DNA of 64,000 bases from a candidate division Zixibacteria bacterium SM23_73_3 (GCA_001304155.1 LJUX01000003.1:331-64330); one strand, 5' to 3'. Counted from the stretch's first letter, positions 54,055-64,000 are shown. Numbers and translations are program-made. The notes: generated from the sequence alone by a model not told the origin.

Positions 54055-54612
54055 ATGGTCATAAAAAAAAGAGATTTCTTTCTGCTTCCCAATCTTTTAG
54101 CCATTTTCCGAATTTTGCTCTTCCCTTTCATCTTTTTCTTCTTAGCTCAGGATACCCACTCGAGTCTTGTCCTGGCTGTTATTTTGATTGTGCTTGCCGT
54201 GGCTTCCGACGTTTTGGACGGCTATGTGGCAAGAAGGTGGAATCAGATCACGGATCTGGGAAGGCTTTTGGATCCTTTGGCGGATAAGTTGGGGCTGGGG
54301 ATTTTCGTGATCTTTGTCATTATCTATCGGGAGTTTCCCATCTGGTCAGCTGGATTGCTGTTCCTGAAGGATCTTTTGACTTTGATTGCCGCTCTTGCTA
54401 TGGTTAAAAGAAAAAGGAGCATCCTTATGTCCAACAACTGGGGTAAATTGAACTCATGGATCTGGGTTTTCACGGTGGTAATTTATATAGCGCGGATTCA
54501 TCAGTTACAACAGTGGTTTTTAGCTCTGGCGACCCTCTCCGTTGTGAACTGTATTATCCAGTATCTGAGGATGTTTTTGGCTCAATATGGAGTTGAGACC
54601 TCAGACGGATAA
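54055..54612 (+). CDS. CDP-alcohol phosphatidyltransferase family protein (PgsA-like)
   Basis: DVLDGYVARRWNQITDLGRLLDPLADK fits DG(x)2AR(x)8G(x)3D(x)3D. Multi-TM, 185 aa. Confidence 0.9.
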   Translation: MVIKKRDFFLLPNLLAIFRILLFPFIFFFLAQDTHSSLVLAVILIVLAVASDVLDGYVARRWNQITDLGRLLDPLADKLGLGIFVIFVIIYREFPIWSAGLLFLKDLLTLIAALAMVKRKRSILMSNNWGKLNSWIWVFTVVIYIARIHQLQQWFLALATLSVVNCIIQYLRMFLAQYGVETSDG

Positions 54613-54643
54613 GCTTCCTTTTTTGAATGTCTTCCGAGTCAAA

Positions 54644-55951
54644 ATGAAGATTAAATCAATAGCGAATAAAAGCATCGCTTCCTCCCATAATATTTCTGTA
54701 GGGGATGAACTTCTGACGATAAACAGCCATTTTGTAAATGACCCCATCGATTATAGATTCTTTTCCTCGAATTATCTTTTAAAGTTAAAGCTTAGATCAA
54801 AAGAGGGGGGAATAAAACAGGTGCTGGTGAGGAAACAGTTGGATGAAGATTTGGGAGTGGAATTTTTCCCGACAAGATATAAAAGTTGTCCCAACAACTG
54901 CATATTTTGTTTCGTGCATCAACTTCCCAATGGTTTAAGAAAAGCGTTGTATTTCAAAGATGAGGATTTTCGTCTCTCTTTTTTACATGGCAACTTTATT
55001 ACATTAACCAACACTTCAAACGGAGATATAAATCGCATTATATATCAACGACTTAGCCCGCTGTATATTTCGGTGCATACAACTGATGAGGAACTTCGAA
55101 AAAAGATTTTATCAAACCCCAAAATCCCCGATGTAATGCCCCTGCTCGAAAGATTAGCCAAGGGGAAAATAGAGATGCACACCCAGATCGTTTTGTGTCC
55201 GGGAATCAACGATGGAAAGTATCTGGAAAAATCGGTTAAGGATTTGTCCGCCTTCTATCCCCATGTGAAATCGCTTGCACTGGTGCCGGTAGGTCTAACA
55301 AAGTTCAGAGAACGATTGCCCGGGATTAAACCAGTGACTAAGCCATATTCCAAAAAGGTTATTCAGTTGGTGGATCAGTGGCAAAAACGTTTTAGAGAAA
55401 AGCTGGGGAGTGGTTTCGTTTATGCGGCAGACGAGTTTTTTACCAAGGCGAAGCTTGACATTCCGGACAAAGGGTATTATGATGAATTCTATCAGATAGA
55501 GAATGGTGTAGGAATGGTACGTCAGTTCTTAGATGAGTTTAATGCAGAAAAAAGACTTTTGCCCGGAAGGTTAAGGAAGAATCTAAACATTACCCTGATC
55601 ACTGGAGTATCAGCCTTCAGGCTGATCAAGCAGATAATTGAACAAAGGCTAAATTCCATATCCGATCTTAAGATTCGACCGGTGATGGTGAAGAATGACT
55701 TTTTTGGACAGAGTGTAACGGTTGCTGGTCTTTTGACCGGCGCAGATATAATGGATACTCTGAGAAAAAAGAAAAACTTGGGCGAGATAATTCTTCTTCC
55801 GCCAAACTGCCTAAATCAAGATGGATTGTTTCTGGATGATTTAACTCCTCAGGATTTGGAAAGGGAGTTGAGACGTAAAGTGATGATCGGATCGTATGAT
55901 CTGATGGAAAGCTTGATTAAGATATTTGAAGAATGGAAATCAGAGAATTAG
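54644..55951 (+). CDS. PDZ-like + radical-SAM-like protein (DUF512 type)
   Basis: N-terminal PDZ-like ISVGDELLTINSHFV. CPNNCIFCFVHQ (CxxxCxxC). Start at ATG 54644. Confidence 0.8.
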   Translation: MKIKSIANKSIASSHNISVGDELLTINSHFVNDPIDYRFFSSNYLLKLKLRSKEGGIKQVLVRKQLDEDLGVEFFPTRYKSCPNNCIFCFVHQLPNGLRKALYFKDEDFRLSFLHGNFITLTNTSNGDINRIIYQRLSPLYISVHTTDEELRKKILSNPKIPDVMPLLERLAKGKIEMHTQIVLCPGINDGKYLEKSVKDLSAFYPHVKSLALVPVGLTKFRERLPGIKPVTKPYSKKVIQLVDQWQKRFREKLGSGFVYAADEFFTKAKLDIPDKGYYDEFYQIENGVGMVRQFLDEFNAEKRLLPGRLRKNLNITLITGVSAFRLIKQIIEQRLNSISDLKIRPVMVKNDFFGQSVTVAGLLTGADIMDTLRKKKNLGEIILLPPNCLNQDGLFLDDLTPQDLERELRRKVMIGSYDLMESLIKIFEEWKSEN

Positions 55952-56769
55952 AAACAGACGAGCTGGATTATGCCGTTCTGCCCTGCGTTGATCCGGGTTT
56001 CAAAAGAACCATGAAGCAAGGCATCAGTCTTCGAAAGGAATTCTTGATGAAGATGAAAAAAGAGGGGCTTTCCGTCTTGGTCGCTTTCGAAGATGAGGGC
56101 AAGTGGGAAAAAATAGACTATCCCGGCGTTGGCGAAGTTACGCTTGAGGAGTTATCCTTGAAGGGAAAAATCCCTGCCGGTTTGATCGAGTATGTTCCAA
56201 TTGAAAAGACCATCTTTCCGGTAAAAGGAGAAAATCTTGCCTTTATTCATTGCATCTGGGTGATACCGCCATACTGGAAGAAGAAGGTGGGGCAGGCTTT
56301 GATGGAGAACTTCATGACAAAGACCTCGCATCTCTCTGGTTCAGCCGTGATAGCGTATGAGAGAGAATCCTGGTGGGGGTTTTTCGATTACATGCCTGAA
56401 TGTTTCTTCTCCAAATTTGGCTTCAAAGAGGTGGGAAGGAATGGTAACTCAGTTCTGATGCTTAAAAATTATGGCAATGCTAAACCACCTGCACTAATCT
56501 TGTCCCGAACTGGTTCAGCCTCAAGTGCCAAAAGGGCCAAAGTGGAGTTCTTCTGGAGCACCCAGTGCTCGTATTCCTGGTGGGTGGCAAAATTGGTAGC
56601 CAAGGAATTTGGAAAGACCACAAAAGTTGACTTAAAGCTTATAAATACAGATAGAAGAAAAACCGTCCAGAAATTTGGGCTGACCTTTGGTTTGAGAATA
56701 AATGCAAATACCATCTTTAATCGGATGCCATCTTGGGATGAGGTCAAGAAAGTAATGAAATCTATCTGA
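55933..56769 (+). CDS. hypothetical protein, GNAT-like N-terminal half and thioredoxin-fold-like C-terminal half
   Basis: [24 protein letters not shown] resembles GNAT motif A. The C-terminal [22 protein letters not shown] is thioredoxin-fold-like without CxxC. Weak assignment. Confidence 0.45.
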   Translation: MEIRELETDELDYAVLPCVDPGFKRTMKQGISLRKEFLMKMKKEGLSVLVAFEDEGKWEKIDYPGVGEVTLEELSLKGKIPAGLIEYVPIEKTIFPVKGENLAFIHCIWVIPPYWKKKVGQALMENFMTKTSHLSGSAVIAYERESWWGFFDYMPECFFSKFGFKEVGRNGNSVLMLKNYGNAKPPALILSRTGSASSAKRAKVEFFWSTQCSYSWWVAKLVAKEFGKTTKVDLKLINTDRRKTVQKFGLTFGLRINANTIFNRMPSWDEVKKVMKSI

Positions 56770-56789
56770 ATCCGTTTCATCCGTTGACC

Positions 56790-58103
56790 ATGTCTGTTCC
56801 AATTATTGCCATAATAGGCAGACCCAATGTAGGAAAATCCACTCTGTTTAATCGCCTTTTGAAAAGACACATTGCGGTTGTGGATGATCAGCCGGGGATC
56901 ACCCGGGACCGGAATTATGCCTTCACTACTTGGAATAAAAAGGGATTCTTTTTAGTTGATACCGGTGGATATGTTCCTTCAAGCGGAACAGAAATGGAGA
57001 GGTTGGTGAAGGCTCAAGCAGAGATAGCCATATCTGAAGCGGATTTGGTCGTTTTTTTAGTGGACGTGAAGGTGGGAGCACAGTCACTCGACTTAGAGAT
57101 TGCAAGGCGGCTCAAGAAAACAAAAAAGGGGGTGGTGTTGGTGGCAAATAAGGTGGATAGTGTTAGAGATGAAGAGGATATATATTCCCTGAGAAAATTA
57201 GGTCTGGGAGAGCCTTCATCTGTTTCTGCGTTAAATGGCAGGAACATTGGCGATCTTTTAGACCGGATCGTCTCATACCTGCCAGAAGAGATTGCTTATG
57301 AGGAGAAGAAAGAAAGCATCAAGGTGGCGGTGATCGGAAGACCCAATGTGGGGAAGTCATCTTTCGTCAACGCTCTCTTGGGTGAGGAGAAGCTGATAGT
57401 TTCTGAGGCGCCGGGCACGACCAGAGACGCGATCGATACTGAAATAGAAATAGCAGGACAATCCTTTACTTTGATCGATACCGCAGGTCTGAGGCGTAAA
57501 TCACGGGTCAAAGAAAGCTTGGAATATTATACCACCTTGAGAACCTTAAGATCGATCCAAAGATGCAATATAGCTTTGATTCTTATCGAAGCTCCGCTGG
57601 GACTTTTAAAACAGGATCTAAAAATCGCAAGTGAGGTTTTTGATCTGCGAAAGGGAATGGTGATAGCAGTAAATAAATGGGATCTTATAGAAAAAGATGA
57701 GAAAACCGCAGATCTTTATACCAAAGCATTAAAACAGAAGGCGCCTTTGTTTAAGTTTGTGCCGCCAATTTACATTTCAGCAAAAAGCAGACAAAGGGTT
57801 AAGACAGCCATGGAGTTAGTTTTGCGGGTTTATAATGAGAGGAGGAAAAGAATAGAAACCGCTGAGTTGAACCAGAAACTGGAAAAAGATATAAAAGCTA
57901 AGCCCCCTGCCTCGGTTAAAGGAAAATATATAAAAATATATTATGCCACCCAGACGGATATCCAGCCCCCGACATTTGTGTTTTTCTCTAATTACCCAGA
58001 GCTTTTGAAAAAACCATATCTGAGATATCTGGAGAATCGGATCAGAGAGCATTTTGGATTTTTGGGAAACCCGATCAGGATTAAAATAAAAAAAAGAGAA
58101 TAG
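56790..58103 (+). CDS. der: ribosome biogenesis GTPase Der (EngA)
   Basis: Two GTPase domains ([12 protein letters not shown] and [12 protein letters not shown]; DTGG/DTAG; NKVD/NKWD) plus a KH-like C-terminus. Confidence 0.96.
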   Translation: MSVPIIAIIGRPNVGKSTLFNRLLKRHIAVVDDQPGITRDRNYAFTTWNKKGFFLVDTGGYVPSSGTEMERLVKAQAEIAISEADLVVFLVDVKVGAQSLDLEIARRLKKTKKGVVLVANKVDSVRDEEDIYSLRKLGLGEPSSVSALNGRNIGDLLDRIVSYLPEEIAYEEKKESIKVAVIGRPNVGKSSFVNALLGEEKLIVSEAPGTTRDAIDTEIEIAGQSFTLIDTAGLRRKSRVKESLEYYTTLRTLRSIQRCNIALILIEAPLGLLKQDLKIASEVFDLRKGMVIAVNKWDLIEKDEKTADLYTKALKQKAPLFKFVPPIYISAKSRQRVKTAMELVLRVYNERRKRIETAELNQKLEKDIKAKPPASVKGKYIKIYYATQTDIQPPTFVFFSNYPELLKKPYLRYLENRIREHFGFLGNPIRIKIKKRE

Positions 58104-58145
58104 TGAATAAAGAAAGGCTCTTGTTTTACAGAAGTGTCGATAATC

Positions 58146-58427
58146 ATGCCTGAGTTCTATTCGGATGAAATAGAGGTGACCAGAGACGAGAGGACTAAAA
58201 ATCCAGTCTCATTTATCTGGAGAGGCAGACAATATAAGATAAAAGAGGTGATCGCCTTCTGGCCTGATTTCAGCTATCCCAAACCCGGTGCTAAAAGAAA
58301 AAGATGGTGGCAGAGGAGACATAGAAATTACTACAGGATATTGACTGAAGGAGAGGAGGTCTTTGAAATATATTTCGATCGGGGTGCAAAGAGAGAGGCA
58401 TGGATACTATACACAAAATTAGAGTAG
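58146..58427 (+). CDS. hypothetical small basic protein
   Basis: Clean ORF (MPEFYSDEIEVTRDERTKNPVSFIWRGRQYKIKEV..). No family recognised from the sequence. Confidence 0.5.
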   Translation: MPEFYSDEIEVTRDERTKNPVSFIWRGRQYKIKEVIAFWPDFSYPKPGAKRKRWWQRRHRNYYRILTEGEEVFEIYFDRGAKREAWILYTKLE

Positions 58428-58523
58428 TTCTTCAGATAAAAGGCCGAATTAGGAAAAACTCAGCTTCTTCTGATTTGCACTCATGAACCGAAAACTCAAA
58501 ACTTGTTTGGCAAAGGTTGCTTG

Positions 58524-60104
58524 ATGAAAAAAGCCTATATTTCAATAGTCTTAACTGTTATTGTGTGCCTTATCCTGCTTCTGCATGTTAACTACCTCAG
58601 GTTCGTCTGTGATGATGCGTTTATCTCCTTCAGATATGCCAAGAATTTTGTTCAAGGACATGGTCTGGTTTATAATATTGGTGAAAAGGTGGAGGGGTAT
58701 ACAAATTTTCTCTGGACTTTGCTTTTGAGCCTGTTCATGAAAATAGGCTTAGATGTGGTTGTGGTTTCTCAGATTTTAGGCGTTTTGTTCAGTCTTGCCA
58801 CAATTTTTCTATTGTTGGGGCTGAACAGGCGGTTTTATCCTGCGGAGAATCTCTTTAACTACTTAGCTCCACTTTTTCTTGCCTGTTGTGGAGCTTATGC
58901 GGCCTGGTCCACCGGAGGATTGGAAACCTCTTTTTTCACCTTTCTGGTCTTGTTAGGATCATACTTCTTAGTAACAGGGATAAACAAACTATCAAATCTT
59001 ATTTTCTCGGGAATCACTTTTGCTTTTGTAGGCATGACTCGATTGGATGGGGTAATCTTCGGGGGGATCACATTTCTTTTCCTACTTCATCTCTCAGGTT
59101 TTAAAAAGAAGATCAAGGTGAAAAATGTTTGTATCTGGACCCTTTCTTTTCTGATCCTTTTCCTTATCTATTTCTTCTGGCGGTGGTCTTATTACGGAAA
59201 GTTTTTGCCTAATACCTTTTACGTGAAGGTTGGAGAGGAATCTCTCTATCACCAAGGTCTGGTTTATCTTTTTGATTTCGTTAAGAGATTTTGGATTTGG
59301 CTCATGGTGATACCGTTAGTATTTTTGGGCAAAGCTATAAGATCAAATGCGAATTTAAAAATGGTCATTTCCTACTTTGCCTTAATGATATTGGTTTTCT
59401 CTTTTTATATAGTCTACGTAGGTGGTGACTTTATGGATATGTTCAGATTCCTCGTGCCCATTTTGCCTTTCTTCTTCTTTCTGATTCAGGAGGGGTTCAG
59501 GGGGATGTATTATTATCACCAGCTACTTTCAAAAAGGAAACACAAAGTAGCTTTGGCAATTTTAGAAATCCTTTTGATCGGACTTAGCATATTTCTCCTT
59601 GCTTATCCATCAAAAGATAGCAACAAAGCCTGGAGTCGAGAAGGTATAGACAGCATCGGAATATTAAGAGAATCTACCCGCCTCTGGTCAAAAGTGGGGT
59701 TGATGTTCAAAAGCATTGCCAAGCCAGGTGAAAGTTTAGCCACCACCGCTGCCGGGGCAATACCTTATTACTCGGAAATGTATACCATCGATGAGCTTGG
59801 TTTAACTTTGGCGACTCAAGTAGATCTGCAGGATCAAAAAGTTTTAAGAGTCGGTCACTCGAAGACAGTGACTATCGAATTTCTATTATCCCGAAAACCT
59901 ACTTATATACTCGGGCATCCCAGAATCTACGATGAGTACGAATTAACTCAACGCTTATGGGTCACGGAGAGAAATGGATATAAAGCCACGATTTTCACTG
60001 TGAAGATATCGGAGAATGAAAGCAAATACCTATATTGTTTAAGTTTGAAAGAATCTCCCACTGAGGGAATCGATGATCAAAGTCCCCCGAAAGAAAAAGA
60101 CTAA
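58524..60104 (+). CDS. polytopic membrane protein, GT-C-type glycosyltransferase-like
   Basis: More than 10 predicted TM segments. The first loop, CDDAFISFRYAKNFVQGHGLVYNIGEKVEGYTNFLW, resembles the Asp-containing loop of GT-C/arabinofuranosyltransferase-like enzymes. Confidence 0.6.
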   Translation: MKKAYISIVLTVIVCLILLLHVNYLRFVCDDAFISFRYAKNFVQGHGLVYNIGEKVEGYTNFLWTLLLSLFMKIGLDVVVVSQILGVLFSLATIFLLLGLNRRFYPAENLFNYLAPLFLACCGAYAAWSTGGLETSFFTFLVLLGSYFLVTGINKLSNLIFSGITFAFVGMTRLDGVIFGGITFLFLLHLSGFKKKIKVKNVCIWTLSFLILFLIYFFWRWSYYGKFLPNTFYVKVGEESLYHQGLVYLFDFVKRFWIWLMVIPLVFLGKAIRSNANLKMVISYFALMILVFSFYIVYVGGDFMDMFRFLVPILPFFFFLIQEGFRGMYYYHQLLSKRKHKVALAILEILLIGLSIFLLAYPSKDSNKAWSREGIDSIGILRESTRLWSKVGLMFKSIAKPGESLATTAAGAIPYYSEMYTIDELGLTLATQVDLQDQKVLRVGHSKTVTIEFLLSRKPTYILGHPRIYDEYELTQRLWVTERNGYKATIFTVKISENESKYLYCLSLKESPTEGIDDQSPPKEKD

Positions 60105-60114
60105 AAGATAAAGA

Positions 60115-60762
60115 ATGATGATGTTAACCACTGCAGTAATGGCAATCTTAAGTTATTTATTGGGCTCTGTTCCTTTTAGTATAGTTATTAGCAGAATCTG
60201 GAAAGGAATTGACCCTAGAGATTATGGGTCGAAAAATGCTGGATTCGCCAATGTTTATCGAGTTATCGGGCCTTTGCCTGCAGTGATTGTGCTAGTTCTG
60301 GATATCGCCAAAGGAATGACAGCCGTGCTTCTGATAACTCAAATTGCCTCAAACTCCGTTTGGTTGAGCTTGATTGATTTAAAAATCTTAGCAGGCGTTT
60401 TCGTCATCTTGGGTCATGTATTTCCGCTCTTTGCCGGATTTAAAGGAGGGAAGGGGATCGCTGCCGGGTTGGGAGCTCTTTTATCCATCATTCCTCTGGA
60501 GGTGGGGTTAGCTTTGATTCTGTTCGTGCTGATAGTGACGATTACAAGATACGTCTCCTTAGGTTCACTTTCTGCCACAGCCTTCATATTTCTTGCTTTG
60601 GTCTTTGAAAGGTATTATCTTAAATATCAGGTGCCATCTGAGCTTATTCTTATGATGTTTTTTCTAACAGCCTTCATCTTTTTTAATCACAGAAGCAACA
60701 TAAAACGGTTGCTGGCTGGTACGGAGAATAAATTTGGTCGAAAAGGAATGAATAAAGTTTAA
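60115..60762 (+). CDS. plsY: glycerol-3-phosphate acyltransferase PlsY
   Basis: YLLGSVPFSIVISR..GSKNAGFANVYRV..GHVFPLFAGFKGGKG. Confidence 0.95.
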   Translation: MMMLTTAVMAILSYLLGSVPFSIVISRIWKGIDPRDYGSKNAGFANVYRVIGPLPAVIVLVLDIAKGMTAVLLITQIASNSVWLSLIDLKILAGVFVILGHVFPLFAGFKGGKGIAAGLGALLSIIPLEVGLALILFVLIVTITRYVSLGSLSATAFIFLALVFERYYLKYQVPSELILMMFFLTAFIFFNHRSNIKRLLAGTENKFGRKGMNKV

Positions 60763-60888
60763 AAGGCGTAAGTCCGAAATGCCAATCAATGACGGGGTCT
60801 CGGACACAAGAATGCAGTCGGATAGTCCCGTCGTTGGCGAGACATATCCGACACGCGAATTTTTTACCTCGAAAGGATATATAAGGTC

Positions 60889-61896
60889 ATGGCAGAGATT
60901 GCAGTGTTGGGTGCAGGAAGCTGGGGAATTGCCATCTCCACGCTTTTAAACTACAATGGACATAAAGTAACTTTATGGGAATTTGACCGTCAGGAGAGGA
61001 AAAGACTTTCCATTCAAAGAGAACATAAAGAGAAACTTCCCGGAGTCACCATACCTGACCGGGTGGAAATCACAGATCAACTTGATTTGGCAGTATCTAA
61101 GGCAGATATGTTAACTTTGGCACTCCCTTCCCATACTGTTAGAGAGGTGGCGAAAAAGATCGACTCAATAAAATTGAAAGATCCCATTGTGGTCAACTTA
61201 GCCAAGGGGGTCGAAAATAAAACGCTTTTGAGAATGTCGGAAGTTTTAAAACAAGAGTTGCCAGCCGATCTTCATGAAAGAATCACCACCCTGTCCGGTC
61301 CCAGCCATGCGGAAGAGGTGGCAAGGAAAATTCCCACCACCGTGGTGGTGGCAGGATTTAGAGAGGAAGCTGCCAGAGCGGTTCAGCATGCTTTTATGAA
61401 TCCCTATTTCAGGGTTTATACCAACAGCGACATTATTGGGGTGGAGTTGGGTGGCTCTATCAAAAACGTCATTGCCATTGCAGTAGGGATATGTGATGGA
61501 ATGGGCTTGGGGGACAACAGCAAGGGAGCTTTGATCTCCCGTGGGCTGGCAGAGATCATCCGATTGGGTGAAAAGCTGGGGGCAAAACAAGAGACCTTTG
61601 CCGGGCTTTCGGGTCTGGGTGATCTGGTGACCACCTGCATCAGCAGATTCTCCCGGAATAGATTCGTGGGAGAACAAATAGGAAGGGGGAGATCTTTGAA
61701 GGAGGTTGAAGAAGATATGACCATGGTGGCAGAAGGAATAAAGACAACCAGATCGGCCTATCAGCTTTCTTTAAAGCATGGAGTGGAAATGCCTATCACC
61801 CAACAAGTTCACCAGGTCCTTTTTGAACAAAAAGAACCTGAGAACGCCATGATCGAACTGATGACCCGAGATCCAAAATCAGAAATTTGGGGTTGA
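60889..61896 (+). CDS. gpsA: NAD(P)H-dependent glycerol-3-phosphate dehydrogenase
   Basis: IAVLGAGSWG, LAKG.E, GPSHAEEV and GSIKNVIAIAVG motifs. Confidence 0.96.
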   Translation: MAEIAVLGAGSWGIAISTLLNYNGHKVTLWEFDRQERKRLSIQREHKEKLPGVTIPDRVEITDQLDLAVSKADMLTLALPSHTVREVAKKIDSIKLKDPIVVNLAKGVENKTLLRMSEVLKQELPADLHERITTLSGPSHAEEVARKIPTTVVVAGFREEAARAVQHAFMNPYFRVYTNSDIIGVELGGSIKNVIAIAVGICDGMGLGDNSKGALISRGLAEIIRLGEKLGAKQETFAGLSGLGDLVTTCISRFSRNRFVGEQIGRGRSLKEVEEDMTMVAEGIKTTRSAYQLSLKHGVEMPITQQVHQVLFEQKEPENAMIELMTRDPKSEIWG

Positions 61897-61968
61897 CTTA
61901 GAAGGAAAAATTCATATTTTGATTTAGAAGTGAGGAACTACATCTGTTACAAAAAGTGAGGGGAAGAT

Positions 61969-62316
61969 TTGAGAGCTTCGACCAAGAATAAATTATACTA
62001 TTCCATTAGCGAGGTTTCGCAGATAACCAAAATCAAACCGTATGTATTGAGGTTCTGGGAAAAGGAATTTAATCTGCTCAAACCCAAAAAAAACAAGGCG
62101 GGAAATCGTTCTTATCAACAGAGGGACATCGATTTAATCAACCAGATCAAACATCTTCTTTACGAGGAGGGGTATACCATAGAGGGAGCAAAGTCTAAAC
62201 TGAAAAACCGGAAACATGACGACTTGGGCCAGGTAGTGGCGGAGAAGATGCGACTTCAAAATCTTCTGGCAGAAATCAGAAAGGAAATTTCTGCTATTCT
62301 GAAGGTTTTGTCTTGA
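61969..62316 (+). CDS. MerR family transcriptional regulator
   Basis: YYSISEVSQITKIKPYVLRFWEKEF..NRSYQQRDIDLINQIKHLLYEEGYTIEGAK. TTG start. Confidence 0.85.
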   Translation: MRASTKNKLYYSISEVSQITKIKPYVLRFWEKEFNLLKPKKNKAGNRSYQQRDIDLINQIKHLLYEEGYTIEGAKSKLKNRKHDDLGQVVAEKMRLQNLLAEIRKEISAILKVLS

Positions 62317-62353
62317 TTTTTTCCAAAAAAGGGCTATGTTGAGGGTGTCGGAT

Positions 62354-62428
62354 CGGGGCGTGGCGCAGTCTGGTTAGCGCACTTGCTTGGGGTGCAAGGG
62401 GTCGGCCGTTCAAATCGGCTCGCCCCGA
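62354..62428 (+). tRNA. tRNA-Pro (anticodon GGG), CCA not encoded
   Basis: CGGGGCG/CGCCCCG acceptor stem, CTTGC-TTGGGGT-GCAAG anticodon arm, GGCCG-TTCAAAT-CGGCT T-arm, followed by a T-run. Confidence 0.93.
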
Positions 62429-62460
62429 TTTTTTAGTCAATAGTTTTTGGTTCAAAGTTC

Positions 62461-63132
62461 ATGGTTAAAGTATTTCTGGTCCTTATTCCTGCATACAATG
62501 CCAGCCCAACCATCTCTGAGCTGATAGAAAAAACTTCGAAATTCGTAGATAAAAGTGACATTGTGGTTGTGGACGACGGCTCCGAGGATCAGACCTTTGA
62601 TTTTGCTCAAAAAGCTGGGGCGGTGGTTTTGAAACACAAAAGAAACAGAGGTAAGGGGGAGGCTTTGAAAACTGGATTTAGTTATGCCCAGAAGAAAAAT
62701 TACCACGCCCTGATCACCATGGATGCTGATCTGCAACATAATCCAGATTCTATTCCAGATTTCATCCGTAAAACAAATGAATCTTTTGGCATAATAATCG
62801 GAACCAGGAAGATTGATTTGGAGATCATGCCCTTTGCTCGCTGGCTCACCAACAATTTAACTTCAGTTATATTGTCCGTTTTATCCGGCCAATCTATCAG
62901 AGATAGTCAATCCGGATACAGGTTGATCTCAACCCGGGTTCTAAGAGAGATCAAACTGAAATCGAAAAAATATGATCTTGAGTCGGAAATTCTGATCAAA
63001 GCGATAAGAAAAGGATTTCAGATAGGTGAGGTTCCCATAGAGACGATTTATCAAGAAGGCAAAAGTTTTATCAACCCCCTGATTGATACGGGCAGGTTTA
63101 TTAAGTTGATGTGGAGAAGCTTGTGGTGGTGA
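62461..63132 (+). CDS. family 2 glycosyltransferase (polyprenol-phosphate sugar transferase-like)
   Basis: VLIPAYNAS, VVVDDGSEDQT, NRGKGEALKTGF and TMDADLQHNP motifs. Confidence 0.9.
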   Translation: MVKVFLVLIPAYNASPTISELIEKTSKFVDKSDIVVVDDGSEDQTFDFAQKAGAVVLKHKRNRGKGEALKTGFSYAQKKNYHALITMDADLQHNPDSIPDFIRKTNESFGIIIGTRKIDLEIMPFARWLTNNLTSVILSVLSGQSIRDSQSGYRLISTRVLREIKLKSKKYDLESEILIKAIRKGFQIGEVPIETIYQEGKSFINPLIDTGRFIKLMWRSLWW

Positions 63133-63228
63133 GAATTTAGTTCACAGTTCATATTAACGACAATGCAATATGGAGCGTGAGGCTTCAGCCTTGCCTGCCT
63201 CAACGATGATGGCATAAACGCTGAAGGT

Positions 63229-63924
63229 TTGTTGACCCTAAAAAGGGAACTTTCCAAAATCGGTCAGGTATGGGTGGTGGCACCAGATCGGGAACAGAGC
63301 GCTACCAGCCATTCCTTGACCTTGCAGTATCCTTTGCGCATAAACAAGATCGCAGAGAAATTTTATAGTGTGGACGGCACCCCCACCGACGCAGTGATGC
63401 TGGCGGTTCATGCTATTCTAAAAAGAAGACCGGATATCCTTATCTCCGGCATAAATCACGGTCCCAATATGGGTGACGATGTCTCCTACTCGGGAACCGT
63501 AGCTGCGGCAATGGAAGGAACTATCTTGAACATTCCTTCCATCGCAGTGTCCAATGCGAACTGGAACGCCAAGCATTTCAAGTCCGCCGCAAGATTTATA
63601 GGAAAACTGGCCAGCTTCGTTTTGAAAAATGGGCTTCCCAGGGATACCTTCTTGAATGTGAACATTCCGGATAAGAAGCAAGCCATAAGGAAGTTCAAAA
63701 TCACTCGATTGGGGAAAAGAGTGTATAACGACGTGGTGATCGAGAAAATTGATCCCCGGGGGAAAAATTATTTTTGGATCGGAGAACAGACCTCCGTCTG
63801 GAAGAAAGAAGATGATACAGATTTTGCCGCCATCCAAAAAGGTTGTGTTTCCATTACCCCCCTTCATCTGGACATGACCGATTATAAAGCCATGGGACAG
63901 ATTAAGAGATGGAAGATATTATAG
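63229..63924 (+). CDS. surE: 5'/3'-nucleotidase SurE, 5' end unresolved
   Basis: VVAPDREQSATSHSLT, GTPTDAV, SGINHGPNMGDDVSYSGTVAAAMEG. The conserved N-terminal LNDDG is encoded in frame at 63199-63213, upstream of the only in-frame start codon. See the surE finding. Confidence 0.8.
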   Translation: MLTLKRELSKIGQVWVVAPDREQSATSHSLTLQYPLRINKIAEKFYSVDGTPTDAVMLAVHAILKRRPDILISGINHGPNMGDDVSYSGTVAAAMEGTILNIPSIAVSNANWNAKHFKSAARFIGKLASFVLKNGLPRDTFLNVNIPDKKQAIRKFKITRLGKRVYNDVVIEKIDPRGKNYFWIGEQTSVWKKEDDTDFAAIQKGCVSITPLHLDMTDYKAMGQIKRWKIL

Positions 63925-64000
63925 AAGTGCCTCCCGAAAGATCGACCTTCGTTTGCCCAAATATTGTGCTGCAATTACCCTCAATAATCCTTAGTTGCTC

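Noticed and set aside
63204-63213. prfB-style programmed +1 frameshift at CGA-TGA joining the GTG 63177 frame to surE.
   Set aside because: The product would read ..LPQR-DGINAEG and lose the NDD residues of the catalytic motif. No SD-like stimulator sits 3 nt upstream of the shift site. A simple indel or mutation is more likely.

Overview
This is a chromosomal segment of an unidentified, probably uncultivated bacterium, and the taxon cannot be set from the sequence alone. It is mostly housekeeping DNA. No known defence system, CRISPR array, prophage or intact IS element is visible.

Main gene blocks:
- Left end: a sigma54-dependent response regulator and two secreted enzymes (a beta-helix protein and an S8 protease) that share a dockerin-like C-terminal tag.
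- A type IV pilus locus: a pilin with a sigma54-type promoter, then pilM-pilN-pilO, an AMIN/PilP-like fusion, and pilQ.
- A radical-SAM/SPASM gene.
- A same-strand signalling island: fliA, a degenerate kinase, PilZ, a GAF protein with a His-less DHp, a GAF histidine kinase, a CheY-like regulator, an MCP-tip-like protein, csrA, a 60-aa ORF, fliW and a second radical-SAM gene. flgM lies about 3 kb further on.
- Conserved blocks: tRNA-Val, thrS-infC-rpmI-rplT-pheS-pheT, zapB-like/zapA-rny-ymdB-folD, xseA-xseB-polyprenyl synthase-dxs-nadK-recN, der, plsY-gpsA, tRNA-Pro, and a GT2 gene followed by surE.

Most unusual observations, all at the nucleotide or architecture level:
1. A 1.35-kb ORF-poor spacer (15.9-17.2 kb) packed with nested GC-rich hairpins. 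It carries an 83-nt direct repeat and ends in a perfect sigma54 promoter upstream of fliA.
2. A dispersed family of GTAG/CTAC-flanked palindromes (REP/REPIN-like). Some occur in a compact form and in a form with an expanded loop.
3. A roughly 167-nt long-hairpin candidate sRNA with its own terminator, just upstream of zapA.
4. A stand-alone RelA/SpoT-type Cys (ZFD) domain fused to an HTH-like domain.
5. Probable gene lesions: an aminotransferase with an internal deletion, surE without a usable start, and an in-frame TGA at the left edge.
6. infC, which apparently starts at ATA.

Functional interpretations of these items are inference and are marked as such.
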